From a virus (lineage: Duplodnaviria; Caudoviricetes), in the IMG/VR virus record IMGVR_UViG_3300030330_001737, positions 1 through 26,676 of that record: a stretch of DNA of 26,676 nucleotides. One strand, given 5' to 3'. Of the stretch, positions 1 to 7,084 are shown in pieces (position 1 is the stretch's first letter; every line of letters starts with the position of its first letter). A program made the position numbers and the translations under genes. The notes below the pieces were generated by a model, which saw only the letters and a list, made by a program, of their open reading frames with translations, ran no database searches and was not told the origin of the DNA.

Positions 1-1
1 A

Positions 2-745
2 TTGTACGATGACCCCAACAATATTGTTTATCGTGATGTCAGACAGAATCTTTGGACTCTCTTCGGCACAGCCGTTCATAAAATATTAGAGAGTTCGGAG
101 CACCCCGATTACATCACAGAGGAACGCCTGTTCTGCTGTGTGGGGGGAGCTAGGCTATCAGGGCAGATAGACATCCAGCACATACAAAAAGACGGCTCTC
201 GCGTCTTACAGGACTACAAGACACGCAAAGCATATGGCGTGATGAATAATGATAGCGATGAGAAGCAGCTGAATATATATGCATATCTGGCGCAAAGAAA
301 CGGTATCAATGTTAGTGGTTTGCAGATCATTAACTTTATAAAAGATTGGAGTAAACGGGATGCTGAACGTAATCCTGATTACCCACCCCACGACATCCAC
401 ATTCAGAACATAAACCTGTGGCCCTACGAACAGGCAGAAAAGTTTGTGGAAGAAAGAATCCAAGCTCATCAGGATGCGCGGAATGGTAATTTGCCTGACT
501 GCACAGACGAAGAGCGTTGGCTACGCGATGAAAAATTCGCGGTGATGAAAGAGAAACGTGTACGTGCTGTGCGTGTATTCGATTCTCAAATGGAAGCAGA
601 GTCTTTCATATCAGCGCAAAAGGACGCAGACAAACACAGGATAGATCATCGTAAGGGTGTGCCTTTGCGATGCCAAGAGTTCTGTGATGTCAGCGGATAC
701 TGCGATCAATACGCAACGTTTAAACAGGAGAATGAGGATGGCTGA
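2..745 (+). CDS. PD-(D/E)XK (Cas4/AddB-like) phage exonuclease, 5'-truncated by the window edge
   Basis: Motifs FGTAVH..LE, EERL, LSGQIDI, DYKT and QLNIY; C-terminal Cys cluster RCQEFCDVSGYC; lies directly upstream of ERF. Confidence 0.85.
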   Translation: MYDDPNNIVYRDVRQNLWTLFGTAVHKILESSEHPDYITEERLFCCVGGARLSGQIDIQHIQKDGSRVLQDYKTRKAYGVMNNDSDEKQLNIYAYLAQRNGINVSGLQIINFIKDWSKRDAERNPDYPPHDIHIQNINLWPYEQAEKFVEERIQAHQDARNGNLPDCTDEERWLRDEKFAVMKEKRVRAVRVFDSQMEAESFISAQKDADKHRIDHRKGVPLRCQEFCDVSGYCDQYATFKQENEDG

Positions 746-1466
746 AGAGTCACACAAGACACTCATCGAGGCGATGGTGTCAGCGCAAGGTCAGATACAA
801 GGTGCAGCGCGAACTGCCGTAAATGACTTCTACACAAAAAAGAACACACAAGAAGGGCATCCATATGCCACGCTTGAGGATGTCATACAGGCGGTGAAAC
901 AACCACTGCTTGATGAGGGCATTGTGTTCCTACAGAAGTCGCAGCTAGTGGACGGTGGCATCTGTATCGAGACAGTGTTTTATGGACATGGTGAAGAGCT
1001 TTCGGCTGGGCCTATGTTTGTGCCAGCTGACAAGCGCACACCTCAGAGCTTTGGTTCTGCTCTCACCTATGCTCGTAGGTATTCTTTATCTACGGCGTGT
1101 GGGATAGGGGCGAAGGATGATGATGGTAACAGCGCAAACGCTGCGGTGGTTGCTGATCCTAATCACAAAGAGGAGCCGAAGAAAAAGCCAGCCAAGCCAA
1201 AGACAGAAGTGCCAACACCGAAAAAGGTAGAAGCATTGGAAGGTGATGACTTATTTAAAAATATGTCTAACACGTTGAAGGATAGGCTTGGGAACTGCAA
1301 GACAGCAGCTGAATTGAAGGTGGTGCTGGAAGAGACTTGGCAACCTTTAAAAACCGCTTTCACTGGCAAGCAAGATGAGGAACTCACGGTGCTTGCTGAT
1401 CTCATCAGGGAACATATGGTGAGAATAGAAAACATAGGTAAGCAATCAGAAGAAGGAGAATTTTAA
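738..1466 (+). CDS. erf: ERF-family single-strand annealing recombinase
   Basis: YATLEDV and PQSFGSALTYARRYSL..CGI..DDDG match the ERF signature (GSA.TY.RRY..DDD). Start moved to ATG 738, preceded by AGGAG/GAGG and overlapping the upstream stop. Confidence 0.92.
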   Translation: MAEESHKTLIEAMVSAQGQIQGAARTAVNDFYTKKNTQEGHPYATLEDVIQAVKQPLLDEGIVFLQKSQLVDGGICIETVFYGHGEELSAGPMFVPADKRTPQSFGSALTYARRYSLSTACGIGAKDDDGNSANAAVVADPNHKEEPKKKPAKPKTEVPTPKKVEALEGDDLFKNMSNTLKDRLGNCKTAAELKVVLEETWQPLKTAFTGKQDEELTVLADLIREHMVRIENIGKQSEEGEF

Positions 1467-1702
1467 TGGCTGAATGGGAACGAAGAGATATGCAATCCAA
1501 TGTCTTTCCGAACAAGAAGAAGGAACTGGATTGGCACGCCGATTACAGGGGCGACATCTTGGTTGAGGGTAAGGATTACTACATCGACATCACCAAGAAG
1601 ACCGCGAAGACAGGCAACACTTTCTTGTCTGTTAAACTGAAGCCAAAAGAAACATTGGCTAAGGAATCTATCTCTAACTCATTTGATGACATAGAGATAT
1701 GA
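1466..1702 (+). CDS. Small phage protein, probable ssDNA-binding protein
   Basis: FPNKKK..ADYRG.I.V.G..Y.I..K.G..FLSV pattern with an acidic tail (FDDIEI); follows ERF; AGGAG RBS upstream. Confidence 0.6.
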   Translation: MAEWERRDMQSNVFPNKKKELDWHADYRGDILVEGKDYYIDITKKTAKTGNTFLSVKLKPKETLAKESISNSFDDIEI

Positions 1703-1983
1703 GTCGCACCAAATCATATGTGATGGACTTGGAAGAGAAGCTAAACGAAAGAGAGCGTGAGATACGCAGACGTAGGCGCGAGCTTGCGGAGTTTGGTGTG
1801 AACGTCAGGACTATCAACAAAACAGAGTTCGATGAGGATGTGCTTACGAATGTCCGTGAACGTTTAAACGAAGCTGAAAGTTTAATCAGGGCTATGAAAG
1901 TTGCACTTCATAGAGCTATAGATATACGTGCAGAGTTGTTGGATGGCGATAGAAAAAGAGTGGTCAAAAAAGATACGAAGTAG
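1699..1983 (+). CDS. Hypothetical coiled-coil protein
   Basis: ATGA overlap with the upstream gene; charged, helical sequence. Confidence 0.75.
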   Translation: MSRTKSYVMDLEEKLNEREREIRRRRRELAEFGVNVRTINKTEFDEDVLTNVRERLNEAESLIRAMKVALHRAIDIRAELLDGDRKRVVKKDTK

Positions 1984-2224
1984 GAAGCACCTACAGTATA
2001 TCAGGGAACAGGGTTGCCTAATCTGTTATCGCCCTGCACAGGCTCATCACCTAACCTTCGTGGATAGTGATGGCTTGCGTGGTATGCGCAGAACAGGCGA
2101 TCAATTCGCTGTTCCCTTGTGTGATGACCATCACCGACAACTACACGCACATGGTAACGAGGAAAGATGGTGGGCTATGCAGGGTGTAGACCCTATTGGC
2201 TGGCTATCTGAGGAACTTAACTAA
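1943..2224 (+). CDS. DUF968-like Zn-binding HNH-type putative nuclease
   Basis: CLIC..AQAHH..GM..D.FAVPLC..HH..LH motif pattern. Start uncertain (1928 or 1943). Confidence 0.75.
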   Translation: MAIEKEWSKKIRSRKHLQYIREQGCLICYRPAQAHHLTFVDSDGLRGMRRTGDQFAVPLCDDHHRQLHAHGNEERWWAMQGVDPIGWLSEELN

Positions 2225-2242
2225 GCATATTCGGGAGATCAT

Positions 2243-2866
2243 ATGGCTTACAAAAAGAAAGCTTTGATAGAGAAAGAGCTAGAAATGGCTAACGAAAAGG
2301 TGGCGTTCTTAGAAGATCGTTTAAACGGAATGGAGAGGAGACAAAAGGCAGAGAGAGCGCATGGTCAGGAGTTGCAAGAGCAACTGAATCGAGCGGAATT
2401 AAATTTGCTTGAGGAGGAGAAAACATGTGCAAGGCTGCGAAGCGCAATGAACAGGTTGAGTGACCGACCATATAGCGCGACTGATGTTTGGGACTTGGCC
2501 TCTCAGATTTCGTTAAAAGATCTGACCCATCTTATATTTAACTTTAAAGAGTTGGTTAATTATGAACTTGGGCCTCTGGTGCGTATGGAATTAGACACCG
2601 AGCAAGATGCCATAGCGGTTGCTGAAGGCGAGGTATATATCAGTTTGGTTCTGCCCGACACTGTGGGCGAGGAAGATAAGCCCATGAAGCTGCAAGATAT
2701 ATTTGCAGACCATGAGGATGAGGGTGATACAGGGGAGCCTATGGGATACAACCTGACTTTCGATTACTTCAATAGTCAGTTTGTAGCTACAAGCGTTCAT
2801 GTTTGCCACGAGCACAAGAACGTGACGATTGGTTTGGATTCAACTGGAGAATACCTTGGAGAGTAA
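2243..2866 (+). CDS. Hypothetical protein with N-terminal coiled coil and acidic C-terminus
   Basis: 207-aa ORF preceded by a GGGAG RBS. Confidence 0.8.
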   Translation: MAYKKKALIEKELEMANEKVAFLEDRLNGMERRQKAERAHGQELQEQLNRAELNLLEEEKTCARLRSAMNRLSDRPYSATDVWDLASQISLKDLTHLIFNFKELVNYELGPLVRMELDTEQDAIAVAEGEVYISLVLPDTVGEEDKPMKLQDIFADHEDEGDTGEPMGYNLTFDYFNSQFVATSVHVCHEHKNVTIGLDSTGEYLGE

Positions 2867-3299
2867 AATTGCAGAGCACTTCGAGGCAAAGAAGTATGCT
2901 TACAGGCAGACTAAAGATGGTGTCATCTTGAGTTTCGTATTGCATCCAGATGATGTACCCAAGGAGATGGCTCTTGCCAACATAGGCCAACGGTACATGG
3001 TTGCGTGCGCACAGATAGATGACTTCGAGAATCCTATACGTCCGTCAGCTGTAACTGATGGTGAGCGTGCGGTTGCTAGGGCTAATTTAATTTGCAGGGA
3101 TGCGTCATATCAGTCTTGGGTTAGACGCAACAGAGGCGAATGGCCTGATGTAGACTTTGAGAATACGACTGATGAAGAATACGCAGCACAGGTAATTAGA
3201 AGTGTATGCAATGTTGAGTCACGGTCTGAGTTAAAGTACAGCGAAACAGCCAGAACGCTTCTATCTGATCACATGAAAGAGTTTGAGAGATCGCTATGA
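2856..3299 (+). CDS. Hypothetical phage protein
   Basis: Open frame; in-frame TTG at 2856 follows GGAG; ATGA overlap with the next gene. Confidence 0.78.
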   Translation: MESKIAEHFEAKKYAYRQTKDGVILSFVLHPDDVPKEMALANIGQRYMVACAQIDDFENPIRPSAVTDGERAVARANLICRDASYQSWVRRNRGEWPDVDFENTTDEEYAAQVIRSVCNVESRSELKYSETARTLLSDHMKEFERSL

Positions 3300-3559
3300 G
3301 TTGGTATGCTGATAGGCTAAAGCGTCTTAGAACGGATCAGAGGATGTCTCAGCAGCAATTAGCTGATAAGTCTAAGATGACCAAGGCGTATGTTGGACAG
3401 GTTGAAAGGGGTGAGCGTAAGCCTAGCTTCGATGTGGTAGAAAGGATCGCAGCTGCACTGGGCGCGAAGATTTATATCTCGCTTGAGAATCCAGAGCCAC
3501 CAGCTTTGAACCCAAAGAACAAACCGAAAACGTCAATCGCTAGTAGGTTTAACAAATAG
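3296..3559 (+). CDS. XRE/Cro-C1 helix-turn-helix transcriptional regulator
   Basis: LKRLR..MSQQQLA..MTKAYVGQVERGERKPS..IAAALG is a canonical HTH_3 pattern. Confidence 0.93.
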   Translation: MSWYADRLKRLRTDQRMSQQQLADKSKMTKAYVGQVERGERKPSFDVVERIAAALGAKIYISLENPEPPALNPKNKPKTSIASRFNK

Positions 3560-3696
3560 GTCGGGCGTTCCCCTTACACTGAACGCGACACAATCCGCGC
3601 TGCTCGGATCTGACCTATAAGCAGCAAGACCTAGGGCGCACATTACTCCGCGTCCTTAGAAGCATCGTTCCCGTCCGATGTGGTCGAAAAGGCGGG
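3556..3696 (+). ncRNA. Putative structured RNA (three-way junction, hairpin and two possible pseudoknots)
   Basis: Pairings found by eye: 3556-3564/3610-3618, 3565-3570/3581-3586, 3593-3597/3605-3609, loop 3599-3604 with 3620-3625, 3631-3639/3650-3659, 3662-3667/3676-3681, loop 3670-3675 with 3691-3696. G-U pairs favour the + strand. Confidence 0.55.
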
Positions 3697-3720
3697 TTTA
3701 AACGCAACAAGGGTAGGGTT

Positions 3721-4308
3721 ATGGGTATTTTACGTTTCGATAATAGCAATGTGTCTGTTGGTGGCGCGATCTTTTTCAATGATCATGCACAGCAAGTTAG
3801 TCTTGACAAAGGTTTCGCTACCGCTACTGGTGGTGTTTCTGTACAGGCGTTTATTTCTGAAGAACAAAAGCAGCTGAATGAATTGGGCGGTATGCTTGTC
3901 AATCAGGAAGCCAGAGTAGAGAAAGCCGAAAAGCTACTGAAGTCTATACAAAAGGAGAGGGACGCGACTGTAGAATCTATCCGCAAGATCAAAGAGATCG
4001 TACACAAAAAAGACGTCCAGAGAGATGAGGTAAACAAAGCAATTCTCAGGAAGGGTAGGGGTTTCCATTATAGGGATGATGTATCACAGCCGGGTGTTTA
4101 CTTGCTGGCAATGGAAGATAAGATAGTTTATGTGGGTCAATCCAAGAACCCTCATGCGAGGATACCCCAGCATAAGGACAAGGAATTCACCCATGTCCGT
4201 ATACTGCGTTGCCCAGAACGTAGACTGACATATTGGGAGAGCGTTCTGATTAGAAAGATCAATCCTGTATATAACAAAACATTAAAAAAATATCGGAGGC
4301 GTGGTTAA
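3721..4308 (+). CDS. Coiled-coil plus C-terminal GIY-YIG nuclease domain protein
   Basis: PGVYLL..IVYVGQS.N..RI.QH..E..LI..P.YN contains the GIY-YIG motifs with the Arg, Glu and Asn positions retained. Confidence 0.85.
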   Translation: MGILRFDNSNVSVGGAIFFNDHAQQVSLDKGFATATGGVSVQAFISEEQKQLNELGGMLVNQEARVEKAEKLLKSIQKERDATVESIRKIKEIVHKKDVQRDEVNKAILRKGRGFHYRDDVSQPGVYLLAMEDKIVYVGQSKNPHARIPQHKDKEFTHVRILRCPERRLTYWESVLIRKINPVYNKTLKKYRRRG

Positions 4309-4330
4309 CTTTTGCCTTTTGAGGCTATAG

Positions 4331-4444
4331 TAATATGAGAGTTTTTTGGCGCAGGTGAGAGGCAGCATCAGCGTTTAAACAACAGGTCAGATGAAGTACG
4401 GACTCTCGTAATTATTCAGCACCGTGAATCTGATCGTCTGCCTC
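4331..4444. other. Structured intergenic region at the early/late convergence point (possible terminator or ncRNA)
   Basis: GAGGCAG 4359-4365/CTGCCTC 4438-4444; GGTCAGAT 4385-4392/ATCTGATC 4428-4435; TATGAGAGTT 4334-4343/GACTCTCGTA 4401-4410. No clear U-tract. Confidence 0.4.
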
Positions 4445-4613
4445 AGTCTATTTCCATGTTAGAGCAGTCGCCCCATTGAACGGCATCCTCTAATAATGAT
4501 GTAAGTTGATGGGCTTCTATCGGGTTCATAACTATCGTCAGCTCTTTGGTGTCCTCTTTCCACTTGACCTTCATCGCCACATCGCCAACAGGGGTCTCGA
4601 TAAACCCGTCCAT
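4443..4613 (-). CDS. Small acidic hypothetical protein (MDGFIETP...)
   Basis: GGAGG precedes ATG 4613 (alternative start 4631); protein-like sequence. Confidence 0.55.
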   Translation of the reverse strand: MDGFIETPVGDVAMKVKWKEDTKELTIVMNPIEAHQLTSLLEDAVQWGDCSNMEID

Positions 4614-4687
4614 ACGCACCCTCCATGACATCGTTTAAACGCTTAGATACATACACGAAACCATTGCATTGAAGACAATCTATATGA

Positions 4688-5017
4688 TTATTTCTTGCCG
4701 AACTTTTGCTTCTGAGATTTAGGTGGACTCTTTCTGCTACCCCCCTTGCTCCAGAAAAGCTTGTCTGCCCAGAAAGCAGCAGATGTTTTGCCCTTTTTTA
4801 TATTTTTGGCATGGCGTGCTTTGAAGCTTTTACGTGCCTCATCGCTGTAGTTGTGTCCCATCTTCTGATCACCGAATCGGATGATCTTCATCTTGCTACC
4901 GTCCCTGACAGCAACGACACCTTTCTTGGTGGGGTGGTTAGGCGTTCTCTTTGGCTTGTTTAAACCCTTCAAGCCTACCTTTTTCAGCCTGTTTTTTTCA
5001 GCATCTGTCAAACTCAT
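4688..5017 (-). CDS. Highly basic small viral protein (DUF6321-like, from recall)
   Basis: KIIRFGD..M..ARKSFKARH..SAAFWA..W motif; Lys-rich; ATGA overlap with the preceding gene. Confidence 0.8.
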   Translation of the reverse strand: MSLTDAEKNRLKKVGLKGLNKPKRTPNHPTKKGVVAVRDGSKMKIIRFGDQKMGHNYSDEARKSFKARHAKNIKKGKTSAAFWADKLFWSKGGSRKSPPKSQKQKFGKK

Positions 5018-5256
5018 TTGCGATACCTCGCTGTTTTCTTGGCAATCTTCTTGGGTTGTGCGCTGAACTGCTTGCCCTTCTTGGTATCCTTTCTTTTCTT
5101 GCGGGATGTAGCTGCGTATTCCTTAGCAGACAAGGACTTGATGGCTTTAGTAGGTAGGTATCTTTCCCCTGTCTTGGCACTAGGCTTGCCCGACTTGGTT
5201 CTCCATTTCTGTTTCGTCCACTTCTTGAGGGACTTCTGTGACTTTTTGAGAGCCAT
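5014..5256 (-). CDS. Highly basic small protein resembling the C-terminal half of DUF5872
   Basis: QKSLKKWTKQKWRTKSGK..ERYLP motif; TAATG overlap with the preceding gene. Confidence 0.8.
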   Translation of the reverse strand: MALKKSQKSLKKWTKQKWRTKSGKPSAKTGERYLPTKAIKSLSAKEYAATSRKKRKDTKKGKQFSAQPKKIAKKTARYRK

Positions 5257-5378
5257 TATTTTTTCTTCTTCTTCTTACCTTTGTTTAGTTTATCGAAGTC
5301 GGCTTTGGTAATCTTATCTCTGGGCTTCGCTACTCTCGCTAGCTTTTTCTGCTTGGGGCTGTACTTCTTGAACGGCAT
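5256..5378 (-). CDS. 40-aa Lys-rich peptide absent from the ORF track (MPFKKYSPKQKKLARVAKPRDKITKADFDKLNKGKKKKKK)
   Basis: Translated by hand; GGAGG RBS, then TTTAAAC, then ATG; its TAA overlaps the next ATG; it fills the gap in the operon. Confidence 0.8.
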   Translation of the reverse strand: MPFKKYSPKQKKLARVAKPRDKITKADFDKLNKGKKKKKK

Positions 5379-5389
5379 GTTTAAACCTC

Positions 5390-5677
5390 CTAACGTTTCT
5401 TTGCGTTTGCTCTGCGTATTGCCTCTTTACCTTTCTTCGCTATCTCTGCTTGCTTGTTTTTGCCAGCTACCTTGGCCCTCTGTTCGAGCACAGTGAGGAT
5501 CTGGATCTTTCTAGCGAATGGCTTCTTAATGTTCTTAACTTTCCTTACAGTGTCTCTAGCGTCCTTCTCAGTGGCGAATTTTATACTGACGGTATCCTTG
5601 GGGTTCTCATCTGTATACAGCCGTCTGCCCGATCCCTTGGGCTTCTTGCCTGTCCCTTTCTTGGGATCTTTGCTCAC
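5390..5677 (-). CDS. Highly basic small viral protein
   Basis: RLYTDENPKDTV.IKF.T..DA..TV..KIQI..VLEQRA; ATGA overlap with the preceding gene. Confidence 0.82.
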   Translation of the reverse strand: MSKDPKKGTGKKPKGSGRRLYTDENPKDTVSIKFATEKDARDTVRKVKNIKKPFARKIQILTVLEQRAKVAGKNKQAEIAKKGKEAIRRANAKKR

Positions 5678-5889
5678 GACCTATAGCCCCCACCTTTCTC
5701 CTTGTATCTCTTAGCCAGCATCTGAGCTTTCCTTGCGCTCCATTGTCCCGGCTTTCCACCCTTGCCACTCGCTTTGATAGACTCGAACAATCTCTTTCTC
5801 ATAGCTGGTTTTGTATAGTTGCCAGCTTCGTTAACGCGAGACTTGCTCTTCTTTTTTACCTTACCGCCCTTCTTAAATCGCCTAAACAT
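5674..5889 (-). CDS. Highly basic small protein resembling the N-terminal half of DUF5872
   Basis: YTKP..R..IK..KGGKPGQWSARKAQMLAK.YK..GGGY motif; ATG 5889 preceded by AGGTGA. Confidence 0.82.
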   Translation of the reverse strand: MFRRFKKGGKVKKKSKSRVNEAGNYTKPAMRKRLFESIKASGKGGKPGQWSARKAQMLAKRYKEKGGGYRS

Positions 5890-5918
5890 TACTATCACCT
5901 ACCACTAATGTTGTGTAC

Positions 5919-6362
5919 TCAAACAGATTCCCAAGGTTTACCTTCAAACAATAATGCCTCTGCTTGCCTACGCCTTATAAGACCATCCAACACCTGACCG
6001 CCTGCACGATTCCATCTTTTAATTTGCTCTGGCACACCGCCATAATTGCGTTCATTTAAAACTTTAAGCATAGTAGATTCTCTCAGATTCCCCTCACCTA
6101 AATTAAACGTCCAAGCAACTAAAGCATCAAATTGATTTTGTTCTAGCTCAACTTTCACTAGTCGGTCAACTGCCTCCTCGAATACACCTAAATCATCTTT
6201 AAGCATATCTTCTGCCTCTTCCTGAGTGCAGGTGTCTCCATCCTTTACGCCTAGCGTATGACCGTAACCTATAGTCAATACTCCAGCTGAACACTGATAA
6301 CTGCTTAACTCACAGCCTTCAAACTTTTTTATTAATGCAATACCCTCTTCACTCGTTTTCAT
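5919..6362 (-). CDS. Endolysin, GH24 (T4 lysozyme-like) muramidase
   Basis: GIALIKKFEG..Y.C.AG..TIGYGH, QNQFDALV..FNLG.G and W..AGG..L.GL..RR..E; ATG 6362 follows AGGAG. Confidence 0.95.
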   Translation of the reverse strand: MKTSEEGIALIKKFEGCELSSYQCSAGVLTIGYGHTLGVKDGDTCTQEEAEDMLKDDLGVFEEAVDRLVKVELEQNQFDALVAWTFNLGEGNLRESTMLKVLNERNYGGVPEQIKRWNRAGGQVLDGLIRRRQAEALLFEGKPWESV

Positions 6363-6720
6363 CTTCGCTCTCCTTGGTATCTGCGCTGCGGTAATACTCA
6401 ACGATGGATAATACCTGTCGAATATAACGCTTAACTTCTGCCATATTATACGAAAGATTTTCATAACCTTTTGTACTTAATCCATAAAACGCATTCGTCG
6501 GTGCGTTACCCTGCTCAAGATCTGCTAAGTATTCACCCATCGTTTGAGGTGTCAATACAACCCACTCAACAGGCATAGTAGTAACTTTGTTGGGTAGCGG
6601 AGGGTGATACACAGGAGCTTGTTCTACTACCGTAACAACCTCTACAGGCTTTACTTCTGGCAATCGTTCTTGCCATGAACATCCACTAAGTAGTAGGAGT
6701 GGTAATAGTTTCCAACTCAT
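6349..6720 (-). CDS. Outer-membrane spanin lipoprotein (o-spanin, Rz1-like)
   Basis: Signal peptide II MSWKLLPLLLLSG-C (lipobox) followed by a Pro-rich segment; overlaps the 3' end of the i-spanin gene. Confidence 0.78.
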   Translation of the reverse strand: MSWKLLPLLLLSGCSWQERLPEVKPVEVVTVVEQAPVYHPPLPNKVTTMPVEWVVLTPQTMGEYLADLEQGNAPTNAFYGLSTKGYENLSYNMAEVKRYIRQVLSIVEYYRSADTKESEDENE

Positions 6721-7084
6721 TAAGCACCTGCTTAGTTCCACGATTAATTATATTTTCTATTAGCTTTGGTTTCCGCAATGAAAGCACATCCATATTGTGC
6801 TTCGAGAACTTTTTTCTGATCTCTTCAACTTCCTCCAACGCCTTCTGATTTTCTACGGTAAGTGCGGATATACGCTCTAATACAATTTTGTTTTTTTCTT
6901 TTTGATCTAATAGCTGTTGATTCTGTTCAGCTATATTTTTTTCTAACAACTCCTGATTATCTATAGCTAGTTCTAGCTTAGTTTGCAGCTCACGTTTCTG
7001 TGCCTCTGCCTTGTCATAATAGGACTTAAAGCCACCTACCAAAACCAACATCAAAATACCGCTACCTATGACTAACTGCCACAT
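6686..7084 (-). CDS. Inner-membrane spanin (i-spanin, Rz-like)
   Basis: N-terminal TM helix plus a long coiled coil; adjacent to a lipoprotein gene and the endolysin. Confidence 0.75.
   Translation of the reverse strand: MWQLVIGSGILMLVLVGGFKSYYDKAEAQKRELQTKLELAIDNQELLEKNIAEQNQQLLDQKEKNKIVLERISALTVENQKALEEVEEIRKKFSKHNMDVLSLRKPKLIENIINRGTKQVLNELETITTPTT

Noticed and set aside
2-745. CRISPR-Cas system suggested by the Cas4-like nuclease
   Set aside because: No repeat-spacer array or other cas genes; stand-alone Cas4-like nucleases are common next to phage annealases.
3556-3696. tRNA, or an HDV-like or hammerhead ribozyme
   Set aside because: No cloverleaf or T-loop. The last pseudoknot resembles HDV (G-U first pair, GG, CGAA) but lacks P3/L3, and there is no CUGANGA/GAAA hammerhead core.
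3680-3877. 65-aa hydrophobic ORF
   Set aside because: Overlaps the GIY-YIG gene in another frame and starts inside the pseudoknot with no RBS; not excluded, but unsupported.
4300-4345. Sigma70 promoter (TTGCCT with TATAGT or TAATAT)
   Set aside because: Spacing between the candidate -35 and -10 boxes is too short (13 nt or less).
3556-4444. Group I intron encoding a GIY-YIG homing endonuclease
   Set aside because: I could not find P/Q/R/S core elements, and no interrupted host gene flanks the region.
4459-4656. Alternative 65-aa - strand ORF
   Set aside because: Overlaps 4443-4613, which has the better RBS and a more protein-like sequence.
6363-6464. N-terminal extension of the endolysin as a SAR or signal anchor
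   Set aside because: It overlaps the o-spanin gene and is not a clean hydrophobic segment; a good RBS precedes ATG 6362.
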